Assembly (NCBI GenBank): GCA_003344405.1
Contig: NOWV01000027.1
Span: 372,001-436,000, forward strand
Source: Trichoplax sp. H2
Lineage: Eukaryota
DNA: 64,000 nucleotides
Direction of reading: 5' to 3'
A program made the position numbers and the translations under genes. The notes beneath the pieces were generated by a model. That model was not told the origin of the DNA and did no database searches. It saw only the letters and a list, made by a program, of their open reading frames with translations. This document shows positions 41,401 to 58,631 of the stretch, piece after piece (the first letter of the stretch is position 1; each line of letters begins with the position of its first letter).

Positions 41401-42451
41401 TAGGCTTTAGGATTGAAGGCATTAAGGTGTGTACAGTATATTGGTACTATCGTTTTACTCTTTTCACTTCCGATCAAATTATTTTACTTATTACACTACA
41501 ATAAAAATTTGTATACAAGTTAGCAATGTGATTTACAATCCTTTTTTAATTTTATCGACTGTACTATTGTACATATGTTTTATATGTATTCGGTGAGATT
41601 ATCAATTTATTGTACATCAATACTAGTTTATCTTTACTAATTTTTCTTAAATTATTCTTAAATAATCTTATAAATTCAGATTTAAATCTAAAAATGGCTT
41701 GATTTTTTAATTACGTGAGTAGATCGGGGAAGGTGCTCCGGATAAAGATTTTAAGACAACTCGCTATAAACCAGAAGTTGCCGTAACATTTGATAAATTT
41801 GTGAACAATAACAAAATTGTAGTAGTAAGTCATAGATTGATTGAAGTTAAATGGACGTCATAATTAAAGAGATTATAGCTGTATTGTAATGTTAAATGAT
41901 GTAGGGTAAATATATACGTCGCTTGAAAGCCATACGAGCTACTTTGGAAATGTCACCTTTCTTCAAATGCCACGAAGTTAGTTTTGTAATAATTATTTCG
42001 AAAATAATAATGATGTCTGATTGTTAAATGAGAAATGAGGTTATTAAGGATTATATATATATATATTTATCTTGATTTATTGTAGCTGATTGGTAGCTCT
42101 TTATTATTCGTACATGACAAAAATGATAACGCAAGTGTTTGGATGATCGACTTTGGTAAAACAACACGTTTATCCGATGGAAAGTACCTAGATCATCGAA
42201 TACCTTGGATTGAAGGCAATCAAGAAGATGGCTATTTATGGGGTCTTGATAATCTAATTGATATTTGGTCAGATATTTACAATGGACAAATCGAGAACAT
42301 ATCTGAGGACTGTAAGGATGGCAACGGCGTCGGTAGTAATGATTCGACGGATGTACCGGCTAGTACGAAGGATGTACCAAATGGTAAATCCGAATTAAGT
42401 GACGATTTCACTCAGAAGGAGATTAACCTTACAAGTCATGAAGAGAGGTAG
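29490..42451 (+). CDS. ITPKB: Inositol-1,4,5-trisphosphate 3-kinase (co-ortholog of ITPKA/B/C), ~608 aa
   Basis: Calmodulin-binding segment [14 protein letters not shown] and catalytic motifs [62 protein letters not shown] and EDGYLWGL. Exons 29490-30257 (low-complexity N-terminus; its linkage is inferred from the phase-0 donor and similarity to vertebrate gene layout), 40254-40353, 40697-40837, 41050-41177, 41277-41426, 41723-41824, 41905-41976, 42086-42451. Confidence 0.92.
33281..33523. repeat. Imperfect ~130-bp duplication plus a partial third copy, containing CACGTG/CACATG E-boxes, in IP3K intron 1
   Basis: AAACTATCGAATGGAAT-GATCACGTGGTAC...CAATAGGCTTACAGTGAC occurs at 33281 and 33411. 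A partial CGAATGGAAGGGATCACATGGTAC occurs at about 33372. Confidence 0.8.
35757..35946. repeat. Three tandem ~65-bp copies in IP3K intron 1
   Basis: GCAAGTGCCTATRATTTTCG-T-GGTTTTTACATTAGCCCTTTGTGAATGGTT at about 35757, 35825 and 35889. Confidence 0.85.
40838..41049 (+). other. U12-type (minor spliceosome) GT-AG intron in the IP3K gene
   Basis: The 5' splice site is GTATCTTTG. Branch-site TTCCTTAAT lies at 41021-41029, 20 nt from the intron end. There is no polypyrimidine tract (CAAATAAAG). Removal gives [11 protein letters not shown], collinear with the vertebrate GERYNQMDDLL. Confidence 0.8.
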
Positions 42452-45313
42452 TACCCTAAAAGCTTTTTATCTATTTCAAATGAATGAGGCCATTCCATTA
42501 TCGAATTATTATATTGGATTGAGCCATTTGGCGGAAACTACAAGTTAAATTTAAATCTTGCCAGTTTGATTATTATCCGCACCAGATTTGACCCCTCAAT
42601 TGCATTTAACAACACGGTCGCACTCCGCCACCATAGAACTTATTTGAAGACAACTTAAAGGATCACTCTGATATTCTGTGATGTTGTATGTAAATTACAG
42701 GCACAAGAGATTGATCAATATGAAAGCACTTATTTCGTCACCTAATGAATGTAACGATCGATCATCTTCGAATAAGTTTACTTTTGTGATCACCAACTTA
42801 AATAGACTAATTTTTCTTAATGCATGTAATTACTTACGATGATTCCGTAATGATGGATAATGAAAGGAGTACAACACTTGGTTAAAGTATTCAATTTCAT
42901 GCGGTAGTAATTTAATCTGCTGCTGCACTTACATATATCACCATATATGTAATTTGTCTATGAAATTAATTGTGTTTGTCTAACTCCATGGTGTTATCGT
43001 TTAAATATCAATACTTATACAATATGTCTTAGTGGTTTACTACACAAATGATACTTGATAAAGCGCATGATAACAGCTGTATGGGTTAGCCGAGTTGCTA
43101 ACAATTATTACGATTTTTCAACGTTACTCCTGATTATTTAGCTGGACAGTTTGCGGATCAAAATGGAATAACTCTCGAAGGTATAATTACGGGAACATTC
43201 TGAATAGATAGATAGATAATGATGTTCTGTATATAACAATTCTATTATATGTGTATGTTAAAGATAATCATTGTTTACGACAATATTTGGTTAAATTTAA
43301 GACGGTAGTACAAACGATTATTTATACGTATGCCAATCAAAATTGCAAACAATCAATATGACAAATTTGTTTGCATAACCTTAATACCTTTTCAAAGGTT
43401 ACTTGCATTTCCGTTTTTCTGTTGGATTACTGGTCATTGAGCAACATTAGTACACGTTTGTAGAAAATATATATAGAATCATATTACAGTATTTTATGAT
43501 ACACATGCGATTACTAATGGTAGACTTTCTCACGAACCAACTGTACTACCTTACATATGGTTAAATTCGAACGCTGTAGTTTTTTAGATATTTAAATGTG
43601 CAAGTTAAAGTAGTGATTCCAGCATCAAAAATTGATTATTTTACTAACTTTGTTATCTACGAAAGGAAATAACCTTAACAAGCAATTAAGTACTCGTTAA
43701 AATAACATTAGTTGTGACGTGATGTAGCAACATACTACAGGATTGATGAAACACATAATGTAATATATCTACACTGGATAAAGATTCAAAACCAAAGGTA
43801 CTATTTTACAGTATTAATGAGTTGTTAACATTGCAAATAAAAAATTTTCAGTTGATTCTTTCTCAGGTTGAATACGTCTGTTGAGTGTTTTTAAGTGGAG
43901 TTGGAGTATGAAAGCTAACTTGATCATGCGATAGTAGAAAAGAACTTTTTATTTGTTAAAGGTAACATAAAATTGTTATCATGTACAGTACAGTATGTAG
44001 GCCTTAAACAATATAGATTAAAAGTCTTAATTTGAAGACCATAAAACTAAATGATAAAATGTACTTTTGATAACAAATTATTCACCGACAGTAAATAATA
44101 CTAATATCGAAGGAAAAAAGTATAGTAACTAGACTGTACGAATGCAAGTACAGTAAACGAGAGTATGAATTATCTAGGGAAATAATTGGGAGGATAACTC
44201 TGGACCAGGGCAATATCAAGCAAAAAGAGATTTTTCTAATTTAACTCAAAAGATAGGAATCAGACATGCCATTGATGGTACTAAGCAGTGCTATCGGGAC
44301 GTATGAACTGCTACAGGAATGGACAGACGTTTGTGCTTACAAAATTGCTTTACTTACAGAATGAAAACCCTGGTGTATTGTAAGATAAATTTACATTTTT
44401 ACACGGAACATGATACGCAAAGTACTGCGCACTATAAATTGCATAAGGAGATAGCAATAAGATTTGTTTAGCTGCAATTCTAATGTTTATCAAATCCTCA
44501 ATACAGTATTACCTAATTGTTCATTAAATTCTAGTATGAGAATAACTTCTGAAGTCATCTGACAAATCATTGCAATATTTTTATGTCAGCGTTTGCATTA
44601 ATAATTCGGTGATCTTTAAAATAGATCTGAGTGGTGTTGATACTTTTAGAGCAAATAGAATCGTTTGAAACGTTAAGGTAAAAAGTCATTGATTGAAGTA
44701 GATTCGTTACCACTCTATGCATGTATTTTAAATTTGTTTCCAAATCTAATTACGCAAATAATTGTAATATGAATACATATAGAATATTTGTCCATTTTAA
44801 TAAAGAGTACACGGGCCATATCGTATAAAAGACATTCTAACTAAAAAGAAATTTTTCATTGGAAGTGTATATTTTAAATAACAAGAAATATTTTTCAAAA
44901 AATGACGTTAATAAAAGTTTAATGGCCGGACGTAATCTGCTACAATTAACACGCCAAGGCAAAATCAGCTTCTGTTATATTTCTTAGATGCGATTTTTAG
45001 TCTTTACATCAAAACTTGATCGTCTTTGAGTAGGTTATGAAATTTTTTACAAATGTATACAATGGTTAAATGTACTCCTACCTACTCATAATAACGTCTG
45101 TTCATACTAGTATCTTTCAACGCAGTAAGAGTAGTTATTAATCAACTTGGATTCAGTTACAGGTTTAAGTTATAGCAATTCGTAAGAATATTTCGATTTT
45201 CATTTACACGATTAATTTATTAGTAAATGCGTAACTAAATCCTTTAGCTGAACATTCACTTTGGTAGTTCGTATCCATTTTGAATGAACAAGGCAATAAA
45301 TATTCAATACCGT

Positions 45314-49470
<4,157 letters not shown>

Positions 49471-49690
49471 TGTGAGTAAGATAAAACTTGTTATCATTTC
49501 TCATATTTCATAGGTGATGCGATATCATACTTGTCATAAGTAGGTATACTTGCAAGACAGTTTTGACAAATACGTAAAAAGGAGATCTTGAAGCACTGCA
49601 GTGCTGAATCAACAATAGAATGTATACCTAAAACGCTAAGAGTCCTCGTTTGATCCCTGGAAAAGGTGCTCGTTTACTTTAAACAAATAA

Positions 49691-51159
49691 GCTATTTCAA
49701 ACTTATACTGATCTGTTTCATACCAGTGAATCAATCTACTAACATAAACATACATACAGTATATTATACATCCAGATCATGCTTCCTTTACTGTTCTTGT
49801 ATAAATATACACTTTGGACTATTCACCCATCTCTTAATTACAATTGCAATGCATTTCTAATACGGCACTAGATATAAGAAAATCCAGAAGTCAAAGCATT
49901 TCAAACTTCTGATACTATCAAATCATCACTCAAAAGGCAGATGATGTACTAACTACACTCATCTATTATGCAAATTTATGGATGCTACAGAACCAACATA
50001 AAAGGATCAATCTATCGTATATCAACAGATAGAAATTCTTTAAATTAAGTAACCGAACACTACTTTGTCCTATTACAATTCCAGTCATGATAACTGTTAG
50101 AATACACATGATGTATAAAATTGATCAATACGGTTACAAACAACAGGATATACGAATTGGCATAGTATTGACGCTATATATCCTTGCAGATTATGTAGCT
50201 CATAAATCAGTAATGACTTTAATAAGGTATGATAGCTCATTCTATTAGCAATCTTGAAGTGGGTATTGCGTATATAAACCTTTATTCTTTATTTCAATGT
50301 TTCAATAATACTGTAAGAGAAAGTTTGAAGGCCTTCAGGGCAAATGGATTACTAANNNNNNNNNNNNNNNNNNNNGCTATTTCAAACTTATACTGATCTG
50401 TTTCATACCAGTGAATCAATCTACTAACATAAACATACATACAGTATATTATACATCCAGATCATGCTTCCTTTACTGTTCTTGTATAAATATACACTTT
50501 GGACTATTCACCCATCTCTTAATTACAATTGCAATGCAGTTCTAATACGGCACTAGATATAAGAAAATCCAGAAGTCAAAGCATTTCAAACTTCTGATAC
50601 TATCAAATCATCACTCAAAAGGCAGATGATGTACTACACTCATCTATTTTGGACTGCTTCAGTTGTCGCTATAATTCGATAGGTTATAAAAAAGATTTAT
50701 ATTATACTGTACAGTACTGTATATATATATATATATGCACTCCTACTTTTATGGTATAAAAGTAAACCAACATGCAAATTTATGGATGCTACAGAACCAA
50801 CATAAAAGGATCAATCTATCGTATATCAACAGATAGAAATTCTTTAAATTAAGTAACCGAACACTACTTTGTCCTATTACAATTCCAGTCATGATAACTG
50901 TTAGAATACACATGATGTATAAAATTGATCAATACGGTTACAAACAACAGGATATACGAATTGGCATAGTATTGACGCTATTTATCCTTGCAGATTATGT
51001 AGCTCATAAATCAGTAATGACTTTAATAAGGTATGATAGCTCATTCTATTAGCAATCTTGAAGTGGGTATTGCGTATATAAACCTTTATTCTTTATTTCA
51101 ATGTTTCAATAATACTGTAAGAGAAAGTTTGAAGGCCTTCAGGGCAAATGGATTACTAA
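49691..51159. repeat. Direct duplication across a 20-N gap, probably uncollapsed haplotypes
   Basis: 49691-50355 is near-identical to 50376-51159. The second copy has about 124 extra bp (~50648-50771), lacks 5 bp and differs by a few substitutions. The gap is at 50356-50375. Confidence 0.9.
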
Positions 51160-52029
51160 TAACCATGACTATCGATCTTGATAAAACTCAAAGAAAGTTT
51201 CTTGGTAGGATAAAAAAGGGCAAAAATCGATAGAGATCCATCTACTATACACACACCCTTAATGAATTATACCGTAATTATAATTATAAGTCCATTTCTA
51301 CGCCTAAAGTGGCACACGACTTTCTAGCTTTCTAGAGCAATCGTACAATTTACTTTTCCAAGGGTAGAGATAGATGACTTACGTTGATTCTCCGATGATG
51401 CCATCACTGATCGACACCAACACCAAGGTATTTACTGCACACTAATCGATCAATGGCATGCAGTCTTTGACAAGGAAGATAGATGATCAATCTTTCTACT
51501 GTAATAGCAAGAAATAAAGAGAAAAATCATAACATTAAAATAGCAATCCTAGGTGATCAAGAAGTTACAAGAGACTACAATAGTCAACTTAGCCAAAGAG
51601 GCCGCAGTCAGACATCGCCTTTTCACTATAGTACTATTATCCGTTTACTATTTCTATCACTTGTGATAATGTAGCCTTGAAAGGAAAAATACATTCCATC
51701 TTTCAGTTATTCTACTTATATTGGCTCGAAAGTATAGCTAGCTAGTCAGCGATTAATTATCGTCCAATCCAATTGTTGAGTCAAGTTTTCACTACAGTAC
51801 CTCTACTTTATACTAAGCAAGTAAGCATCGATTCTTCAAAGACCACACTAAAGTAAAATACTTGTATTCATAGCTTCAACTAGAATGCATAGAAAAACAG
51901 TAACTAGTTCTAAATTAGTCATTTACCTTTGACTACTTTCAATTTTGCAATAACCACTGCAAATTCAGCATCAATTTTAACCGACAAGTAGCACCAAGAA
52001 GATTTTTTTCTCCAACTGGCCTTTTAATA

Positions 52030-52193
52030 TGGCCGATACTCACACATACACATGGGAATGAATCTGTCTGTCCGAAATCCTGCCTACAGTCACAGTCACG
52101 GTACGTGGCCGATACTCACACATACTGTACTGTACACATGGGAATGAATCCGTCTGTCCGAAATCTTGCCTACAGTCACAGTCACAGTACGTA
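52030..52193. repeat. Two tandem ~77-88 bp copies
   Basis: TGGCCGATACTCACACATAC...ACATGGGAATGAATC-GTCTGTCCGAAATC-TGCCTACAGTCACAGTCAC-GTACGT at 52030 and 52106. The second copy has a TGTACTGTAC insertion. Confidence 0.85.
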
Positions 52194-52950
52194 CAGAAGT
52201 AGTCCATTCTTATACTGTAGCGGCACTAAATCGGTTCGAGTATTCATCGTATCTCTAATTCTGGTCAATAATTAGTTATTTGCATGCTTGAATGCGATAG
52301 CTGACTCTCTCATGGGGTTGGGAAGTTGAATTCTCTCTTGCGCACGCGCAATTCGTTGTTATAGAACTCGTAATAATTGCAGTAGTGAATTAGACAGTAT
52401 ACTGTAGTTTGACTGTATTACGACCACGATGACGTCTGTCCAATATCTCTCTGCCGGAGTCCGTCCGGCCAGGGACTACTAAAAAGGAAAGAGGAGAGGG
52501 ATGCAAAGTAAAAAGTAAAATGCAGAAACCAATCATGTTTTCTGGTCATTCTACTCTGTGGAGGGGATGATCATCATGAACAATCTAGTCTACGATTATA
52601 GATATACGATACCGTCGAAATGACTAGTAAAATAGTCGGCCTCCCAATTTTTTTTTGTATCCTTCTTTCTTTCTTTCTTCGTGGTCTTTGCTGATTGCAT
52701 TGCATTCTACTCGATATACTTTTCATCTGCTGTTCTGCTCATAGAACTAGAATACTGTAGAAGTAAAAGGGAAACTTCCATCGCTTATACGTACTGTGGT
52801 ACTCAGTACAGTATATTTTGTTTCTGCCATATACACATACTATTTATATACGCGTACATATATACAATATTAGGTAGGCATCTGAGAATAATAATTAATT
52901 CTTTCAACAGCGCTTTACAGCTTCTGCAGCTTTAGCCGGTTTCATTTGGC

Positions 52951-52964
52951 GGTATCATGGCAAC
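52951..52964. promoter_or_regulatory. Candidate RFX X-box upstream of the Kizuna-like gene
   Basis: GGTATCATGGCAAC matches the palindromic X-box GTTGCCATGGCAAC at 11/14 positions, with a perfect GGCAAC half-site. Confidence 0.4.
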
Positions 52965-54511
52965 AGAGCCTGTAATACAGGCTTGCATGATCAGTGGTTG
53001 TAGGACAACTACCACCTGGACAATCTTATCGCGATTGCCTCTAGGCAAATGGTGATCTGTTATGAATGGTTTGATGTCCTAACTTCAATTTCTATCGATA
53101 AATGCGATCAGACCGATAGGAGTCGATATCTAGCCTTCTTTCTTGACGGAAATGGCTAGATGTGAGAAGTCATAATTCGATGACAAAGTATCGAAAATAA
53201 GTAAAAGCTCAAAGGTAGAATAATTCAACAGAAAATGTAAAGTAAAATTATCTCCAGAGCAGTTGATTAGCAAGCCGCACTAGGAGCATGCCGTAATCAT
53301 ACTGGATTCTACTCTCATCGTATCATAACAGAAATTTTATGATACAGTTTAGCTAACGCGAGTAGGGCGATAGTAGTAACTTGCTACGATACCAAACACT
53401 ATCCTGCAAGTACTTTATTTAGACAATATACTAAGGTGGTGCTTTGAAGCAATAGCATACTAGCCGCTGATTGGACAATCTCAGTTTAGAATTAACCGTT
53501 ATATATTGATATAATAGTATATTATAATCGATCACGATAGTACAATATTGTATCTTTCCATGGACTAGACTAATAAGCTGGGCAACCTACTTTTACTTTA
53601 GAATAGAACCTTAACGGTACACAGCCAATTCATTTTTAAATACCTATAAGTAACCTCTATCGTTGCTATTGAAAACGGTAGTTCAATTTATGGTAAGTTG
53701 ATAATATCCAAGTTAGCGGGAATAGTGTCATCAACATCAATTTTATGCTCAGATAAAACATCCACTTACTTTTTGACTAGTTATATTTTAGATTTCCATG
53801 ATTTGAAAATAGATTATACAACTGCTTCAATGCATAATTTAGCTTAGTTTAATCCAAGTAAACTAGCAGTAAAACGCACGACTGAATCCGGAAGTATAAT
53901 ATAATATAACATCAACAGGATTTGTATTCATGTATTGAATGCTATATTTTGGTTATCATGGTAAGCCAAGAAATGATAACTCAAGCCTAACTAACTTACT
54001 TCGTTGGGTAATCATGAGAATACATCAATATTTTGAGCTAGATGAATTAGAAAACTATTTTCCTTTTGATAACGTACGATATTGCCTCCACGTCTATACC
54101 CCTGTATTAATTTTAAAGACATTTCTTTAAATTTTTTGTTGTTTTGCGTTTAGATTTATTTGGACGTAAATTACATGTATCTAGTGTTTAATAAAAGTAA
54201 TAAATCGATACCACTACTAACTTCATTCAAAAAGCGCCTATATACAGTATTCCATGTATATACATCAATACAATTGAAGCTTAATAGCTCTACTTCAATT
54301 AGCCATAGTTCACCTTTCTAGTAGTAGTTGTAAAATAGCATTAGGTTTATGTTGTACTGCACTCAATTTTATATTTAGTACGATGAAATAGCATAGACGT
54401 ATATACGAGGTCATGAATTGAAGTGTATACTACTACAGTAAATATGAGCATTGTATCGACAACTCAACTCTTCTTTACGCATACCCTTGTTTATATATTA
54501 TTATTTTTTAG

Positions 54512-57500
54512 GCAAAAAAACAGAACTAAATCAACTCCAAATTGATGAGCACTACGATATCATGCTAAAGTATAACCTGAAAGCGACTCCGTCATCAATG
54601 CTTCCAATGTTTTCCGACATCAGCCATGTATCCAGGTTTATATTTATGTATACAGTATACTTGCTGGATAGCCAGATTCTCTGGTTGTGTTTTAACTACA
54701 TCGATTATAATAGTTTATCGATTTATAATACGTGTAAGAATATTTAGCTCAAAATTTAGTACACAAATGGGGTAAAATGGATATGCATTTCCATTATAGG
54801 AAGATTGTTTTCTAATCCATTTGTTTTATATAAATCATCGATAGTATTTTGGAATTATGCACGCGCATTATTAGTAGGGAATCGGACATTAAATATTGAT
54901 CATTAAGTTATCGTACCATAAACTATAACTGATTCTGTTCATTAATATAGAAATTGATCGAGAGATGCTTTTTCATATTTTTTTAATCGATCTTAATAAT
55001 GGTATCCTGAAATCATTCTGTATATTCATATTCATAAAATTTATATGTATCAAATTATAGTGCTAATTCACAGTATCAGGATGTCTGTAGAAGGGAAAAA
55101 GAAAGTCAATTACGAAATGATAAATTGCTTTATGATTTGGAAGTTGCTTGCAAGCATTCCACGCTACTAGACTCCAAGCTATTTGATTTGCAGACTGCTA
55201 GGGTATAAAATTAAAAAAGATAACTTAATGTTTGTTACTTTGATATATATTTTAATCTAATCGAGCTTATTATGCAACTTTAATTTTTGAAATACCGTAT
55301 ATACTAATTTAACGATAGACACTTTATGATTCTTTGAGTAAATTCTTGCTCCTAAATTGGTTCATGTCATTTTTATAGGATCAATACAAAGAAATGGCAA
55401 TGAAATATAGTGCAAAATTGAAGATTGAAGCTACTGAATCGTATATAGCACCATCCAGTAACGTACTTCATATTCATACTAAGTCAGATAGTTACGATCA
55501 GGAACGACCAGATGAAGTAAAATTGCCATTACCAAAATCATCACTAATATTGAAGCCAGCTGACGATATTCCTAGCCTGATCCAAGCAGCACAGCAGATA
55601 AGCAATCTCTCTGGTCACCACAAGCAGTATCCATTAATAGATGACAAGTTAATGCAACCTTATCAAGATCATCTGCAAGCTGATGATATCAATGCATCCA
55701 ATGTTACAGATTCGATCAATAGTAGTAATCAAGAAGAAATACCAATAATTAAGCCATTGCCAACAATCGATGATTTATTGATGACCGCTGGCCAAGGCAA
55801 TAAACAAAATAATAATAAAAATAATAATCCTTTAGATTATGAGCACAAGCTTACAGACGACAGTATATCTATGATACCACATGATGAGCAAGATAATTCA
55901 AGTAAATCTGAAAAAAGAAATGAGCCTTCGCTAATGCCAATAATATCAGGTAAACAGGTTGAAGAAAGTGCTGGTGACAGCCCGAAGAATAGTACGTTAA
56001 TAAAACACGAGGTAGAGAATGATCATTTCAATCCAAAAGCACTGAAAAATGACGCATCGACAGTGGTTATGATTGAGAGTAGTGTCTTACAACCGAAAAT
56101 TAATGAGCAACATGATATTCATATTTATGCTACAGATAGCAATAGCGATGAACAGTCCTCTGTTGGTAATATTATTTCGCACAAAAGTGATGATGTCGAT
56201 GACCAAGATAAGGAAATGGTCTCACAAGATATTAACCGTGAAGTAGTTATAGTTCAAGATGTAGATGATAATAAAAATCGTTCTAGTGACGACAACAATG
56301 AGAAAGATCGCATCACATCAAAATTATCATTCGAGTCCTCAACATCTGATGATGATAGCTCTTCTATTGAGCAATCTATTAGCTCTAAGAAATCGTTATC
56401 TAATATAGAGGAATCCATTAAATACGACCAAAGTGAGAACGAAAACCAACAACAATTATCTACGAACAAAGGTAAAATATTTAATAATTGTTAGTGTATT
56501 TAGATGTTACGAAAATTTTCTAGCATAATACAGATAGAAATGCTATATGCGTACATTATCACTACCTTGTATATTGTTATTAGTAAGTTACACTTTATCT
56601 TGAGAAATTACTATTGGGATTGAAGTAATATGGTCGCATTCAAATACGTATCTGTATATTATCATATTCCTGCTTACTTGATTTCTGATTTTTCGTTCTT
56701 ATTAAAATTATTTTAACTACAATTCAAAAAATAATAAAATTCGAAACTATATCAACGATAATTTTAGAGTTTATTCGATAGTTTCCTTCTGTGCGATCAT
56801 ATGTACACATCATATAACATATATAAACATTCGGCTTTCGGATATAGCACATGCCCCAAAGTGTTCGTACTAGTAAGAAATTAAACAGTTCGGTTAACAT
56901 ATTTGATTAATTTATTAAGATGATATCTTTGTTAACGTACATATCTTTCAGAAAAGAAACCTGATGCCACCGGTGAAGTGGAGCGAGATAGTAAGAGTAA
57001 AAATGTTCCTGAGTATCAATCTGATTTCGAAGATAGTAACACTATGAGTTCGTCTGAGAATATGTCCGATATTGAAAATAGCATGGTAAGACAATGATAA
57101 TACTTAGCATTCAGGAAATGGAGAAATCAAGATATGATTTTACTGTATCAAATCTTCGTATAATGATTTTACTTGTATTTACTACTTTTAGCGTCTAAAA
57201 CAAGATGTTAGAGAAGATGAAGGCGAGAATAAGACAGAAGCGGAGGCTTATGATGCTTTGAGAAGATCTGCTCTAGGTAGTCCTTTAAGTTCAGCTAGAG
57301 AGAATGCTGAAGGCGATGATGTAATGTCATTCTTGAGCGAAGATAGTGATATTGATGCGCTAGAGCAAGAGTTAGCCGAAATTGTATCCCCACGTGCAGT
57401 CGCAAGGTAATGTTTTACAATAAAATTTTTATAGCTGGCTCATAACTTTACAATCCACATGTGAACATTCTACCTTATTTTTATTATTAATTTAATATTT

Positions 57501-58146
57501 ATAGTAAGCACGTTTTAAAGTGCTACTGTTCTCATAATATTTATTTACTTGTAGTGGTAACAACGCTAACGAAAGGTCGCAAAGATCAAGCATTCGTAGA
57601 CTGCCAAGCATTCCAGCTTCACAAAGTGCCCATAATATTAAAGGAGTTGATGATTCTAATCAAGATCATAATCGACCTCGCTCTCGTAGTGCAGGTACGG
57701 ATCAAACAGCTGATCAGCCCCAATCTCCTACCCTTGAAGATACACTTTCTCGTGACAAATCATATAGTCAGGATAGCATAGGAGACGCTATAAAAGATGA
57801 AAGCCAGCAAACTGTTCAAAAAATACGCCAAGGTAGCTTTTACTCAAGATTTAGATTTTATCGCCAAATTCCTCTTCTGACTTACAATTTTAGTAATTTC
57901 CATATGGTACTTTTAGACGTTAATTAATTAATAATAAAGAACATTTACAGCATTAATTTAACTATAATTATGCTTGGAATTGCTATATACGTTTGGTAAT
58001 GTATTGGTATTACAAATTTGAATTTCTCTCTAGTATTAATGAGTGATGATATGGACGATGAGAACATGTTTGACCTGGAGCCAAATACTCCTAAAAAGGA
58101 AATTAAAGCACTATCGTCTGATGACGATTTTGACTTCTATGGATAA
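54512..58146 (+). CDS. KIZ: Probable Kizuna (PLK1S1) centrosomal/basal-body protein homolog; first exon(s) not resolved
   Basis: Exons 54512-54635, 55061-55202, 55379-56471, 56952-57085, 57192-57406, 57555-57832 and 58034-58146 are phase-consistent. VCRREKESQLRNDKLLYDLEVACKH...LQTARDQY aligns ungapped with recalled human KIZ ICESEKKAHTRNQEYLKRFERVQAH...LQKLKLEY. TEAEAYDALRRSAL resembles SETEAYQLLKKATL, and the end DDDFDFYG* resembles DDSDDFYD*. The gene is secure; the family call is moderate. Confidence 0.7.
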
Positions 58147-58631
58147 CTTTGCCGCAATAAATTGGAAATCTGTACAAAGACAAATATCAATTTTGGAACG
58201 AACTCATGAAAATGCAGTAGTTGCTAATCATCAAGACCTGCTTCTGAAAATGAGAAGTACTACTATCAAATCTCGATCACTTTGCAAGATGTCTCAAATC
58301 GCTCCAATATGTTTGATGAATTACGTTGACTGCATTATAGCAAAAGGCAATTAATTGTAGAAAAACGTGTTGAGATTCAGTAAGATTAATAGCGTATATG
58401 ATTGTACAGTAAATATAACAAAAAACTGCCAAATTTCTTTTAGATGACGAACAATTCAAACTACGTGTATTTTTATCGAATGGCATCGATGTAAAAGGAA
58501 GTTAAAAATTGCATTTATTAGAAACAAATTCCCTTGTATTAATTATTAATCGATCGATAATATTTGATAATATTTTATAACTACGTAAATAAATAAAATA
58601 GACCCATTTACACAACAATAAAGAATAACAG

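Noticed and set aside
17958..42451. UBR7 near an 'ITPK' gene, as with human UBR7-ITPK1
   Set aside because: Human ITPK1 is an ATP-grasp inositol kinase, unrelated to the IP3 3-kinase family found here. The names match by coincidence.
52220..52250. GGTTCGAG T-loop-like motif suggesting a tRNA
   Set aside because: No cloverleaf stems can be formed around it.
54628..54636. GTATCCAG as a third U12 donor, in the KIZ-like gene
   Set aside because: It lacks the TT at +7/+8, no U12 branch site is visible, and the downstream AG|GTTTAT donor gives the correct phase.
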